A stretch of DNA of 64,000 nt from an uncultured Phycisphaerales bacterium (GTDB taxonomy: Bacteria > Planctomycetota > Phycisphaerae > Tepidisphaerales > Tepidisphaeraceae), in NCBI GenBank assembly GCA_963755915.1, contig CAVWLP010000003.1:768001-832000 (forward strand). Direction: 5' to 3'. The translations under genes and the position numbers were made by a program. Position 1 is the stretch's first letter, and the number at the start of each line of letters is the position of its first letter. Shown piece by piece: positions 1 through 10,680 of this stretch. The notes below the pieces were generated by a model, which saw only the letters and a program-made list of their open reading frames with translations, ran no database searches and was not told where the DNA came from.

Positions 1-2
1 TG

Positions 3-155
3 ATCGCGCCGACAATCAACCTGAATAATCCGGACCCGGAATGCGATCTGGATTATGTGCCGAACAAGGCGCGGGAGCGGCGGGTGAATGTCGCGATGAG
101 CAACAGCTTTGGGTTTGGGGGGCATAATGCTTGTTTGCTGATGCGAAGGGTTTGA
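3..155 (+). CDS. fabF: 3' end of beta-ketoacyl-ACP synthase II (partial)
   Basis: Manual translation [24 protein letters not shown]...[15 protein letters not shown], the typical KAS II C-terminus. Confidence 0.93.
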   Translation: MAPTINLNNPDPECDLDYVPNKARERRVNVAMSNSFGFGGHNACLLMRRV

Positions 156-297
156 GGGCTCCGAGATTTTTTTGCGCCGGCGGCCTCGGGTACAAAAGGG
201 AACACTCTGCGGCAAATTCGAAACTTGAATCCCGGCGCGCGGGACAAATTCGAAATTCGAATGTTCGAAAGATTTGATTTGCCGTGAGAGATGGGGT

Positions 298-1131
298 TCA
301 GCTTGGAATGAGCAGGCGCCACAAAGGGCGTCTTAGGCGCAGCGCGATCAAGCATACACCGGCAAACGCCGGCCCAAGCGCCGCTGGTTCGGGGACGACG
401 GCCGTGATTTGAAAACTTGTCGAGCTGCCGTCGCCGAGGCTGAATGGCGCTGTCGACGATTCGGTCGAGGTCAACGTATAGGTTTGTCCGGGCTGAAGAG
501 TGATCTGGCCGAAAACAGACTCAAGCTCCGCGCCCGGCGCCGGAGGGGCGGCCGGCAGGGTCTCGGAAAGTGAATCTGGTTCTCCATTCTCGGTCAGTTC
601 GGTGGTCACGCTTAACATCGGGGGACCGTAGAAATCGTTGTTGATTGCCTCCAGTTGCCCGGAGATCGTCAGGACCTGTGCGACCGAATCGGTGAAGCTG
701 ATGGAAACAGTGGCAGTGCCCGCGTCGGTGTTGGTGTCCGGGCCATACGGCAGCGACTGGCCGGCAGTGCCGCCCTGTTCAAAGATCGTGTCGGCCGAGG
801 TCGTGTACATATCCGTGGAGGTTTCAGTCAATTGATCGGTCTCATAAGAGCCCAGGGAAGTGAGGTTGATGGAGGCCAGCGAGGATTCGTCAGCGCCGCT
901 GTTGCCCGCGGTATTGGTGTCTCCATAACCGTCGGTGACGCTGGCGGACTCGCTGCCGGAGACGGTTAAAATCGTCAGATCGCCCTTGGCGCGCGGGCAG
1001 CAGCAGAGGGCGAACATTGCCGCGGCCAGGGTGCAACGCGCAGGCTGGAAAACTGAAATCCGTGTCGAGAAACCATTTTGTTTTTTGGAAGCGGCGGGGG
1101 AGAACTGAGCCGTGGGAAATCGCATGGCCAC
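298..1131 (-). CDS. PEP-CTERM sorting domain protein (Ser/Thr-rich, secreted)
   Basis: C-terminal VPEPAALGPAFAGVCLIALRLRR; signal-like hydrophobic stretch; start uncertain. Confidence 0.85.
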   Translation of the reverse strand: MAMRFPTAQFSPAASKKQNGFSTRISVFQPARCTLAAAMFALCCCPRAKGDLTILTVSGSESASVTDGYGDTNTAGNSGADESSLASINLTSLGSYETDQLTETSTDMYTTSADTIFEQGGTAGQSLPYGPDTNTDAGTATVSISFTDSVAQVLTISGQLEAINNDFYGPPMLSVTTELTENGEPDSLSETLPAAPPAPGAELESVFGQITLQPGQTYTLTSTESSTAPFSLGDGSSTSFQITAVVPEPAALGPAFAGVCLIALRLRRPLWRLLIPS

Positions 1132-1321
1132 CTCCGATTGACACCCTGGCCGAGCTTGGACTATGGCACCATCGATGACGCGATGTTGCTGGATGGAGTC
1201 CGCAGGATTTTGCGAGGATTCTTTTGGCGTGCCGCTGCTTCAGTGGCGAAGAGGGTCAAGGCAGGGAATGGAAGCGGGGTGTCTGCTCGCCGAATTGCTT
1301 ACGTTTCGGCTCGCTACCCTG

Positions 1322-1822
1322 TCATTTGGCCGCGGAAACCAGCGCGATGAGTTCTTCAAACATCGCGTGAGTGCGCTCCCTGATGGTCTTCATTGATGGC
1401 CCGGAACCACCTGCACAGACGAAGAATTTACTGGACGGGGAGTCGACTTGACCTTCGACCTCGATAAACGAAGGCGTGTAGTATTTAATTGGGCTTTTGG
1501 GGATTTCTGCCCACCGAACTGCCTTTATTTGAGCTGCTGTCAACGAGAATCGCAAATCGTCACGAACGCCTCGGTAGGTGGATCGCGTTGTATTTTTTGC
1601 AACACCATGAAACGCAAGTCCCGAGTTCGATATCTCCAATATACCGGAGCTGAAGTGAACGATCGGGTACCATCTACCTCCAATTCGCATCGAAGGAAAC
1701 GAAACTGGCACGCGGTAGCCAAGAAATATTTTGCGAAACAAAGACGTACTGTGAACAATGTCGTGAAACTTCGCGAGATGTTCCGCTGAGCTAATCCATG
1801 CTGGATCAACGAGCATTTGCAA
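1322..1822 (-). CDS. hypothetical protein (lower GC)
   Basis: 166-aa ORF in an AT-richer patch; no recognised motif. Confidence 0.5.
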   Translation of the reverse strand: MQMLVDPAWISSAEHLAKFHDIVHSTSLFRKIFLGYRVPVSFPSMRIGGRWYPIVHFSSGILEISNSGLAFHGVAKNTTRSTYRGVRDDLRFSLTAAQIKAVRWAEIPKSPIKYYTPSFIEVEGQVDSPSSKFFVCAGGSGPSMKTIRERTHAMFEELIALVSAAK

Positions 1823-1963
1823 ACAAATATAACCCTGGCACAGAAATTTAAAAGCGATCCATCTCTATTGAGCGAGCGGGGCGCCGCTAGAACTGCTCAC
1901 GGGGGAATGGAACCGGGGCGTGCGCATTCCCGTGGCGCTCACTTCCCGGTTTGTTCCTCTGAC

Positions 1964-2210
1964 CTAACAAAACGCTCGCCACCGGCGCGCGAGCAAAGCG
2001 ACTCCCCCCAATCCGAACAGCGTCGTCGATAAAGGCTCCGGAACCAGCGACACGGACGGATCGGCAATAAACGTCGGCAAACGTCGCATAAGTTTGAATC
2101 GTTCCAGGCGATGTCACGATGCCGATGGCGCCGTTGGTTCCGTCGCTCTCGGAGACATAAAGCGTTCCGTGGCTGTCGAAGGCCACGCCGTAAAGATCGA
2201 CGGTCGCGCC
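1964..2210 (-). pseudogene. 5'-truncated remnant of an NHL/beta-propeller-like PEP-CTERM gene
   Basis: LYGVAFDSHGTLYVSE repeat-like peptide; in a shifted frame, FIADPSVSLVPEPLSTTLFGLGGVALLARRWRAFC*; no room for a 5' part before the stop of the upstream gene at 2248. Confidence 0.7.
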
Positions 2211-2247
2211 CCCAAATCCCCCGGGTTGTCTAGCTTTTTGCGGAGCG

Positions 2248-4721
2248 TCAAGTTTTGTGTTTACGCGTCTGCCGGCGAATCATTAGTCCGCCGGCGCACG
2301 CGAGCGCGGCCAGAGACGTTGGTTCGGGGACATCGGCCATCAAACCGTTCACCGCCGCAAACGCGTCGAGCGCGGCAAAGTCGGCGGGAGTGACATCAAC
2401 CGCCGCGCCGTTGTCCCCCTGGCCGAAGTTGGCGGCCAAAGCGCTGAAGTCGGAGCCGTTGACGGAAGAACCGTATAGGAAATTTCCCTGGTCCCAGTTG
2501 GTGGCGCCGGTGCCGAAGTTGGCGGCGAGGATGCTGAAGTCACTTCCGTTGACGACGCCATCGAGATTGGCGTCGCCGAGGAGCGTAAATTTTAACTCGA
2601 TCTGTCCGGAGCTGAGGCCGGCAACGACGCCATCAGCGCCGTCGGCGAAGCCAACGGCATAGGAGACGCCATTAATGGGGGCGTAGGCGGTGCTGGAGAT
2701 GATTCCCGGGCCGCCGGATGCGCCCGATCTCACGTAGGACGCGATGGTGGCGATCGGGTCGCTCGATCCGTAGTCGATAATGACGTGGTTGTTGGTGATA
2801 TCGAGGGTGCCGTTACCGGAGATGGCGAGGGAGGAGAAGGAGACGTTGCTGATGACGCCGCTGCCGAGGCTTGTATTGGGGGCGATGGCAAGTGTGCCGC
2901 CGGTGATGGCGACGTTGGCCGCGCCGAGTGCGCCGGGGGTATTGACCAGCAGGGTGCCGGCAGTGACGGTCGTGGAGCCGGTGTAGGTGTTGGCGTCGGA
3001 GAGTGTCCAGGTGCCGGTACCGGCTTTTAAGAGAGAGATGGTGGCGGTGCCGTTGGTGATTTGGCCGGTGACGTCTCCATTGCCTGCGCCCTGGAGCGTG
3101 ACGGTTCGCGCCCGGTTGAGCCGTTGCCCGTGATGGCGACTCCACCGCCGGCCGCGCCGGAGAGGATGAGCGTGCCGCTATCGGATTGAACAATGTAATC
3201 GCCACCGCCGACGTTGAGGCCAATGGTTCCCGAAAGTGTGTTGTTGTCGGCGATGTTGTCGATGGCCGCCATGGTTTCGTTTCGGCCGCTGAGCGAGATG
3301 GGGTTGGAGAGGGTGGCATCGCCGATGAGCTGGAGCTGCCCGGTGGTGCTGTTGCCTGCGGGGTTGAAGACGATGGATCCGGTGCCGAGCGCGCCGGAGG
3401 TGGTTGCTTCGAGGATTGCGGGGCCTTGGGTGCCGTTGTTGATGAGGGTGTTGCCGGTAAAGGTATTGTTTCCGCTTCCGACGACGACGGTGCCGGCGCC
3501 GTTGACGATGAATTCACCGGAGCCGGTGATGGGGCCGTCGATGTTGAGGTCCTCTCCGCCGGTCATGTTGTTGGCGAAGGTGACGTTGCTCCAGAGCTCG
3601 ATGCCGGCGGCAATGGTTTGCGAGACGGTACTGGCCGCGGTGGCCTGGACGACGACGCCGGAGGAGCTTGTGGTGGCGAGCTGGAGCTGGCTGGAGGCGG
3701 AGCCGAGTGTGTAGGCGGTTGTTCCGCTGGCAGAGCCGTCGAAGGTGATTCCGCCGAAGAGTTGCCAGGCGCCGGTGGAGATGGCGGCGGTGGCCGCAGT
3801 GCCGACCCGGCCGAAGTAGGCGACTTCGTTGCTGTACATGGGGACGCCTTCGGACCAATTACTCGCGGTGTTGAAGGAGCCGCTGCCATTGACGGTCCAG
3901 TCGGAGGGGGCGTCGTTGTTGGGATTGGTCTGCCAGACGCGGACCCAGTCGACGTTCATCTGATCCGTGAACCCGATCGGCCACTGCGTGGTGCTGGGAG
4001 TTCCCGGCCACCCACCGACGGCGTAGTCGAGGATCATGTACATCGACGCCATCTGCGAGACGGCGGAGCCGGTGTAGGAGCTGACTTCGGTGCCGTCGAG
4101 GTAGAAGGCGACGGACGTGTTGGAGATCCACTGCATTCCGAAGGTGTGCCAGGTGCCGGCGAGGTCCGACCCGGTGGTGATGGCGCCGGCGCCGGCGGCG
4201 TCAGCCCCGCTGGAATTTACGTAGTGGTAGTTGGTGTTGTACTGGTTGTCCTGCAGGCCGTCGGTTCCGCCATCGGTGGTGTAGGGATATTCCATGATGT
4301 CGGCTTCGGGAGGCCAGCCGGTGTAGAGGCCCCAGAAGGCGGGCCAGGAGCCTGGGGTGCTGGGGAGCTGGATGCGCGCCTCAATGTAGCCGCTGGACAT
4401 GTTGTAGAGGCCGTAGGTTGAGAGGGCGCCGGAATTCCAGGTGTTGGCCCCCGTGCGGGTGGCGGAAAGCGTCAGATAGCCATTGTTCACCGTTACATCA
4501 CTCGGCGTGGCCGTGGAATCGCTCGCGGGCATCGTCCACCCGTCATTGCTCGTCGGGCTCGTAACCAGCCATTTGGCGGTGTCGAGGGAGGGTTCGTCGA
4601 ATTCATCCGCGAAGACGAGGCGGTAGCTGGAATTGGGCGGGCTGGCGAGGGCGCTGCGCACGATGCCTGCTGACACAGATGCCGCTGCCATTACCGCTAG
4701 CGGCGAGAGCCGACGATTCAT
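2248..4721 (-). CDS. GH16 glycoside hydrolase with autotransporter-associated beta-strand repeats, dockerin-like domain and PEP-CTERM (one frameshift at ~3105)
   Basis: Signal peptide; WPAFW and EADIME (ExDxxE) GH16 motifs; GxGT..NTxTGxT repeats; GDANLDG motif; VPEP plus TM tail; ORFs 3027-4721 and 2248-2733 join across one indel. Confidence 0.88.
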
Positions 4722-4914
4722 GGGATGGATACCTCCGCTACCGGTGCGTGCCTTGAGAGGTAAAGCTACTAAAGGACGTGGGGGTGATGCAAGTAAATTT
4801 CATGCGGGGTCTGTAAATTTGATGTAAATAAGATGTAACAAGATTGAACCCCCTGCTGATCGCTCCTATTGCCTTAGCAACGAGGGGACCGATAATGAAA
4901 CTACAGAGGTACGG

Positions 4915-5226
4915 ATGCCTGTTCTTCACGCCCCAATTCCGGCCAAGATGGCCCCAAGCGCCGGGGAACTCGATCGCATTCTGCAGTTGGAAGTGCCGCT
5001 CATCGTGCGGCTTGCCGAGAGGAAGATGAATTGCAGCGAAGTAATGCGCCTGGGGACGGGGGCCATCATTGAGTTTTCCAAGAGCAGCGAGCAGCCGCTG
5101 GAATTGCTTGTGAATAATAAGGTAATCGCGCTGGGGGAAGCGGTGAAAGTGGGGGAGAATTTTGGGCTGCGGATCAAGCAGGTGGGGGATGCCCGGCAGG
5201 TCGTGCAGGCACTGGGCGGGGAATGA
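4915..5226 (+). CDS. FliN/FliM C-terminal (SpoA) domain protein
   Basis: LEVPLIVRLAE...GAIIEF...PLELLVNNKVIALGEAVKVGENFGLRI. Confidence 0.9.
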   Translation: MPVLHAPIPAKMAPSAGELDRILQLEVPLIVRLAERKMNCSEVMRLGTGAIIEFSKSSEQPLELLVNNKVIALGEAVKVGENFGLRIKQVGDARQVVQALGGE

Positions 5227-7625
5227 ACGGCCGGCGGGCGATTTCGAGGGGGCAACTTCGTAATGAGATTGACGGCGCGACCAAACGAAATGTACATTGC
5301 CCGCTACAAATCAGATCGATTGGGTTGGCGGAGAAATGCACCGATCCTGCAAAAAATCCCGTCGATATCCGCGCCGCAAATTCGGGGCGGAGATTTCGCG
5401 CTGTTGTCGCCGCGCTGATCCTTGTTGACGGTCGCCTGGCGCACCGGGCTTCGGCGGCTTCGGCCACATGGGACGGCAATGCACCCATCGGCGCCACCGG
5501 CGATGGCGTCAGTTGGACCAACCCCGACAACTGGACCACCAACGGCGTCGTTGATACCGCGCCTGCGGCCACCGTGCCCGGCGACGACCTGCTTTTCGGC
5601 AACGGTACCGTCGGAACCATCAACCTCCAGGGAAACGAGATCGCCAATTCGCTGACGTTCAACGCCGGCTTTACGCTCGATGCGCCAAATTCGACCAATA
5701 CGCTCAGCATCACAACCGGGACCGTAAGTGTCGGCAGCTTGACCTCGGCAACCATTAACTCTCAGCTTGCCGGTAGCGGCGGGTTAACAAAAACGGGAAG
5801 CGGAACGCTGACGATAACATCCAGTGGATTGCACTATCATGGCGGGACGACCATCGCGGCCGGGACGTTGGTCCTTGGCGCCTTGCAGGGTTTTGTGCCG
5901 GCGCCGGTGACGGTGGATTCCGCGGCGACACTTGCCCTGGTTAACGAGGGTTACCTCGCCGTCGAGGGGACCGTAACGAACAATGGCGACATCACGCCCG
6001 CCACCGGCCAAGCCGTTATTTCCGCCGACACTTTTAACCAGGATTCCGGCACGGTGGCGCTGAATGTTTCGGCCGGGACCTTTAACGACAACGGAGGCAT
6101 GCTGACTGCAACGGTCACGCTGGACCTGCTGCAGCCGACGCTGAGCCTGGGGACCGGAGCCACGAATTCGGGCGTCTTTGTCTTTCCAATCAGCGGAGCG
6201 ATCACCAGTTCCGCCTCTACGCCCTCGATCCAATCAGCGCAGACCGTGGATGTTCAAGCCGGTGTTGAATTGAGCTCGACGACGAATCTGACGAACGCCG
6301 GAGCACTTAATCTCGCAGGCGGCTCAGGGTCAAATTCCGCGACCGTTTCCGTCGGGACGAATACGCTTACCAACACCGGCGCAATAACGGCGTCGATTTC
6401 CGCACTCGTTTCCGGAAATCTCGCGAACACCAGCGGTTCGTTCAATGTGGATTCCGCAGTCACCGTGTACGGAAGTCTGACCAACAGCGGTTCGATCACC
6501 GTTGAAGGGGGAAAAGAGTTAACCGACGGCGGCTCAGCTTTCACTGAAAATGCGGGAACGGTGGAGGTAACGCCGGGCGGACAATTGAATCTCACAAATG
6601 TTCCGCTGGTTATGACAGGAGGGAACATACAGCTTGACGCGGGGACCGGGGCCTCGGGGACAATGTGGCTTTCCGGCCTCACCTATAGCGGCACGTCTGC
6701 CATCGCGACGATTTCCAACGGCCCAATGACCCCAGGGCAATCCAGCGGCATCATTATGCTCACCGCGAGCAATACGACATTCGACATCGGGGCGGGAACG
6801 GCCCCTGTGCAGGTAATTATTTCCGCGCAGCTCGATGGCCTGAACATCACCAAGAGCGGCGCGGGCACTCTTGAACTCAACGGCAACAACGCCTTCGACG
6901 CGACCACTGTCTCGCAGGGCAAATTGATTTTGGCCTCCACGAGGGCGATCACCAATGAGCCCCTCGACATTGATTCCAATGCCGTCGCACAGATTGCAGG
7001 AGGGATCGGCGGAATTAACCTAAGTTCCCTTTCGATATCGGGCGGCCAGTTCGATATCGTCAACAATCATTTCACCCTCTACTACGGCAGTTCGGATCCG
7101 ATCACCACGATAGCGGCTTTTATTCGGTCCGGCTTCAACAATGGGTCGTGGAACGGCCCCGGCATCATCTCTTCGGCGGCCGAAACACCGACCAGCGGAC
7201 TGCATTACGGGGTCGGCTTTGCCGACGGCGCGGATAAAGTCGTCGCGGGACTTTCTTCCGGTCAGATCGAGGTGAAATACACGCTTCTTGGCGATGCCAA
7301 TCTCGACGGAATGGTCAACGGCACGGACTTCAGCATCCTGGCCGCAAATTTCGGGCTGGGAACGACGAACTGGGACCAGGGGAATTTTCTTTATGGTCCA
7401 TCAGTGAATGGCGCGGATTTCAGCGCGCTGGCGGCAAACTTCGGGCAGGGGGATAGCGGGGCGGATGCTTCGGTGAGTCCGGCCGATCAGGCGGCGCTTG
7501 ATGCGTTTTCCGCGGCGAATGGCTTGACGGCGGATGTGCCCGAGCCGGGGGTGGCCATGCTGGCGTTGGCGGGGGCGGGAATCTATTTGCGCCGCCGTCC
7601 GGCCCGCAACTTCTCACGGAAATAG
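5223..7625 (+). CDS. autotransporter-associated beta-strand repeat protein with dockerin-like domain and PEP-CTERM
   Basis: GGLTKTGSGTLT and KSGAGTLEL repeats; GDANLDG; VPEP plus TM plus RRR; true start is probably downstream of 5223. Confidence 0.88.
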   Translation: MNGRRAISRGQLRNEIDGATKRNVHCPLQIRSIGLAEKCTDPAKNPVDIRAANSGRRFRAVVAALILVDGRLAHRASAASATWDGNAPIGATGDGVSWTNPDNWTTNGVVDTAPAATVPGDDLLFGNGTVGTINLQGNEIANSLTFNAGFTLDAPNSTNTLSITTGTVSVGSLTSATINSQLAGSGGLTKTGSGTLTITSSGLHYHGGTTIAAGTLVLGALQGFVPAPVTVDSAATLALVNEGYLAVEGTVTNNGDITPATGQAVISADTFNQDSGTVALNVSAGTFNDNGGMLTATVTLDLLQPTLSLGTGATNSGVFVFPISGAITSSASTPSIQSAQTVDVQAGVELSSTTNLTNAGALNLAGGSGSNSATVSVGTNTLTNTGAITASISALVSGNLANTSGSFNVDSAVTVYGSLTNSGSITVEGGKELTDGGSAFTENAGTVEVTPGGQLNLTNVPLVMTGGNIQLDAGTGASGTMWLSGLTYSGTSAIATISNGPMTPGQSSGIIMLTASNTTFDIGAGTAPVQVIISAQLDGLNITKSGAGTLELNGNNAFDATTVSQGKLILASTRAITNEPLDIDSNAVAQIAGGIGGINLSSLSISGGQFDIVNNHFTLYYGSSDPITTIAAFIRSGFNNGSWNGPGIISSAAETPTSGLHYGVGFADGADKVVAGLSSGQIEVKYTLLGDANLDGMVNGTDFSILAANFGLGTTNWDQGNFLYGPSVNGADFSALAANFGQGDSGADASVSPADQAALDAFSAANGLTADVPEPGVAMLALAGAGIYLRRRPARNFSRK

Positions 7626-8890
7626 TCCCTTGAGCTTGCACGCCTCCGCCACCCGGCCGATGGCGATGCTGTAGGCGGCGGTGCGGTAGTCGCAATCGGC
7701 CTGGTCGGCTTTTGCGTTCACGGCGGCGAAGGCCCGCTCCATGACCTTCTCCAGCTCCGTGTTGACTTCTTCGAGACTCCAGAAAAAGTTCTGGAGGCCC
7801 TGCACCCATTCGAAATAGCTGACGGTGACGCCACCGGCGTTGGCCAGGATGTCGGGGAGAACGGTGACGCCGTTCTCTCGCAGGATTTCGTCAGCTTCGG
7901 GCGTGGTGGGGCCGTTGGCGGCTTCAACCATGACGCGGGCCTTGATGTGCGGGGCGAATTCTTCCGTGACGGTGCTTTCCATGGCGGCAGGGATGAGGAC
8001 GTCGCAATCGCAGGTGAGCAGCTCGTCGTTGCTGATCGGATCGCCGTGCGGAAAGTCGATGAGGTCGCCGCGCTCGCGGTAATACAGGCTGGCCGCCTCA
8101 ACGTCGATTCCGCTTTCGTCGAAGATTCCGCCCTTTTTCTCGGTGATGGCGATCACGTTCGCGCCCATTTCGTCGAGCAGCCGGGCGGCATGTGACCCCA
8201 CGTTGCCGAAGCCCTGGACGGCGATGCGAATTCCGTTGAGAGATTTTCCCTGGGTTTTGAGGAAGCGCGCAGGACGTACATCACGCCGCGGCCCGTGGCT
8301 TCTTCCCGGCCGGCGGAGCCGCCGAGGTGGACGGGTTTGCCGGTGACGATGCCGAGTTCCTGGTGACCGACCATCATGCTGTAGGTGTCGAGGAACCAGG
8401 ACATCACCTGCGAATCGGTGCCGGCGTCCGGGGCGGGGATATCGTGTACGGGGCCGATGATGGGGAGAATCTCGCTGGCGTATCTGCGGGTGAGGCGTTC
8501 CTTTTCGCCCATGGAGAGTTTTCGCGGTTCGCAGACGACACCGCCCTTGGCTCCGCCGAAGGGGAGTTCGACGAGCGCGTTCTTCCACGTTTGCAGCATG
8601 GCAAGTGCCATGACCTCGTCGCGATTAACCGATGGGTCGTAGCGGATTCCGCCCTTGAAGGGCCCGCGGGCGTTGTTGTGCTGGGCGCGGTAGCCGGTGA
8701 AGACCTGGATGCGGCCGTCGTCCATTTTTACGGGACAGGAGACGCTCAGCACGCGTTTGGGCGAGGCGAGGACTTCGCGCCAACTGGCGTCGAAACTCAT
8801 CTGCTGATAGACGCGGTCGAAATAGCGATGGGCGTTTTGCCAGAACTGTGAATGCTCGGGCTGCGCCTTGAGGAGATCGGTGTTTTCCAT
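7614..8890 (-). CDS. gdhA: Glu/Leu/Phe/Val dehydrogenase, probably glutamate dehydrogenase (frameshift ~8265)
   Basis: GPFKGGIRY, GGAKGG, DIPAPD, QGFGNVG, PDILANAGGVTVSYFEW. Confidence 0.92.
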
Positions 8891-9100
8891 GGGGCACCAT
8901 TGTAGAAGAAATGCCGAAGCGGGGAATTGGGCTTAGGGTCCGGCGCAAACAAAAACCCCGTAGGCGTGGGTGAGACCTACGGGGTAAGGAGGGAAGAAAC
9001 ACTTCGCACGAGTGTTACGCGGTTCCGGGAAGCCCGGTTCTGTGATCAGCCTGCGAAACACTCGATTCGCTCAAAAATTTTATTTACATGCCCAGAGTTT

Positions 9101-9364
9101 TCATATTGCTGCCAGAGCCTGCTCCACTTCTTTGGTTAGATCGGACCAGCGGGCTTCGGGCCGCTTCATTACCGTTACAAAATCGCCAAGCAGCAGAAGT
9201 CCATTGATGCCGGGTATGGCGAAGAGCCGCGATGCAATTGGATGACCGGCGCCAGAGGCCGGGTTTAAAAAACTCATCGGGCGATCCGCTATCACCCTGT
9301 CGAGAACCAGTTTCACGGCGTTAGGATTCGGGGTCGGCTGTATTTCCCTCACCCTGAATGGCAA
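9101..9364 (-). CDS. NifU/Nfu N-terminal domain protein
   Basis: IQPTPNPNAVK...HPIASRLFAIPGI...DFVTVMK..W. Confidence 0.88.
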   Translation of the reverse strand: MPFRVREIQPTPNPNAVKLVLDRVIADRPMSFLNPASGAGHPIASRLFAIPGINGLLLLGDFVTVMKRPEARWSDLTKEVEQALAAI

Positions 9365-9532
9365 GATCAGCCAACCTCCCGTTAGTCGCGACTATATCAA
9401 CTCAAATTTTTTTCTTCCAGTGGTAATCTGGGGTTTTTTTAAAGAATTTTCTGTCTGAGAACGGGGAATTTCATCGCATTTTTGCCATTTTGCGGATTTG
9501 GCGGCGGGCGGCGTCGCTTGGTGGGGTGATTC

Positions 9533-9560
9533 TTGACATCAGAATGCTCGTCGCTACACT
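9533..9560 (+). promoter_or_regulatory. sigma70-type promoter of rplM-rpsI
   Basis: TTGACA-16 nt-TACACT. Confidence 0.75.
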
Positions 9561-9627
9561 TCTGCGTCCTTCCAGCCGGGCCGTATTTTCCGGTGCGGAA
9601 GGCTTTTTTGTCGAATCGGAACCACAA

Positions 9628-10059
9628 ATGAGCACCTTCATGGCAAAACCTGGTGAGATCAAAGGCGACTGGTACGTCGTTGATGCCACCGACAAGGTCC
9701 TGGGACGGCTGGCTTCCAAGATTGCGATGGTAGTACAAGGGAAGAACAAGCCGACATATACGCCGCACGTCGATACCGGCGACTTCGTGATCGTCCTCAA
9801 TGCGGAGAAGATCAAGGTCACGGGGAAAAAGGCGGATGTCATTGAGTACGAGACGTATTCGCGATATCCGGGCGGGCGACACCTATATTCATATAAGACC
9901 ATGAGTCAGTTGCACCCCGAAAAGCTCCTGCAACTGGCGGTTCGCCGCATGCTGCCCAAGAACAAGCTGGGGCGGACGATTCTTACCAAGGTGAAAATAT
10001 ACAAGGGGGACAAGCATCCCCATGGCGCCCAGCAGCCCAAGCCGCTGACTTTGCCGTAA
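9628..10059 (+). CDS. rplM: 50S ribosomal protein L13
   Basis: WYVVDATDKVLGRLAS...KPTYTPHVDTGDFVIV...HPHGAQQP. Confidence 0.97.
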   Translation: MSTFMAKPGEIKGDWYVVDATDKVLGRLASKIAMVVQGKNKPTYTPHVDTGDFVIVLNAEKIKVTGKKADVIEYETYSRYPGGRHLYSYKTMSQLHPEKLLQLAVRRMLPKNKLGRTILTKVKIYKGDKHPHGAQQPKPLTLP

Positions 10060-10074
10060 CGAAAGCGAAGCACC

Positions 10075-10621
10075 ATGTCGCAGGATATAACTGAGATTCC
10101 CGAAGTGACTGAACCGACCCCAACACCCGAAAAACCGTCGCCCGAAAAACCCGCCCCTGAAAAGCCGGCGGCAGAGAAGCCGGTCGCGGAAAAGGCCGCG
10201 CCCAAGCCCGCGGAGCCTGCCGCACCGGCTCCCAAGCCGGTCTACACCTGGGGCGTCGGAAGGCGCAAGACGGCGGTCGCTCGCGTACGCATCGCGCCGG
10301 GGAGCGGAAAAATCGAAATCAACGGCCGCACGCTCAACGACTATTTCACGGCTGAAAAAGATCGCAAATCGATCTTCGGCCCGTTGGAAGTCACCAACAC
10401 CGGCGGGAAGATGGATATCTGGGCCCGCTGCAATGGCGGGGGGCATACAGGACAGGCCGGGGCGATTGTCATGGGCCTGGGGCGGGCGCTTGCAAAATAT
10501 GATTCGTCGCTGGAGGGGGCGCTGCGGGGTTCGAGATTTTTGACACGCGACAGCCGGATGAAGGAACGGAAAAAGTACGGCCAGCGCGGCGCGGCGGCGG
10601 TTCCAGTTCTCCAAACGATAA
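10075..10621 (+). CDS. rpsI: 30S ribosomal protein S9 with Pro/Glu/Lys/Ala-rich N-terminal extension (frameshift ~10593)
   Basis: GVGRRKTAVARV, GGGHTGQAGA, LTRDSRMKERKKYG; RRFQFSKR* in a shifted frame. Confidence 0.96.
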
Positions 10622-10638
10622 ACGTCAATTTGCAAACG

Positions 10639-10671
10639 AAAGCCACAGGATTGCCATCCTGTGGCTTTTTT
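10639..10671 (+). terminator. intrinsic terminator after rpsI
   Basis: AAAGCCACAGGAT-tgcc-ATCCTGTGGCTTT followed by a T tract. Confidence 0.9.
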
Positions 10672-10680
10672 GTTGGAGTC

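Noticed and set aside
205-285. AATTCGA-type heptad repeats after fabF
   Set aside because: Short and degenerate, with a single occurrence in the window; no function can be supported.
3186-4421. Long antisense/overlapping ORFs (also 23167-24318, 40880-42412, 46544-47782, 52133-53776, 57725-59215)
   Set aside because: Shadow frames of real genes in high-GC DNA, with no protein motifs.
10075-10240. PEKP/AEKP low-complexity extension of S9, and the N-terminal extension of Rho
   Set aside because: Such extensions are common in high-GC bacteria and show no new feature here.
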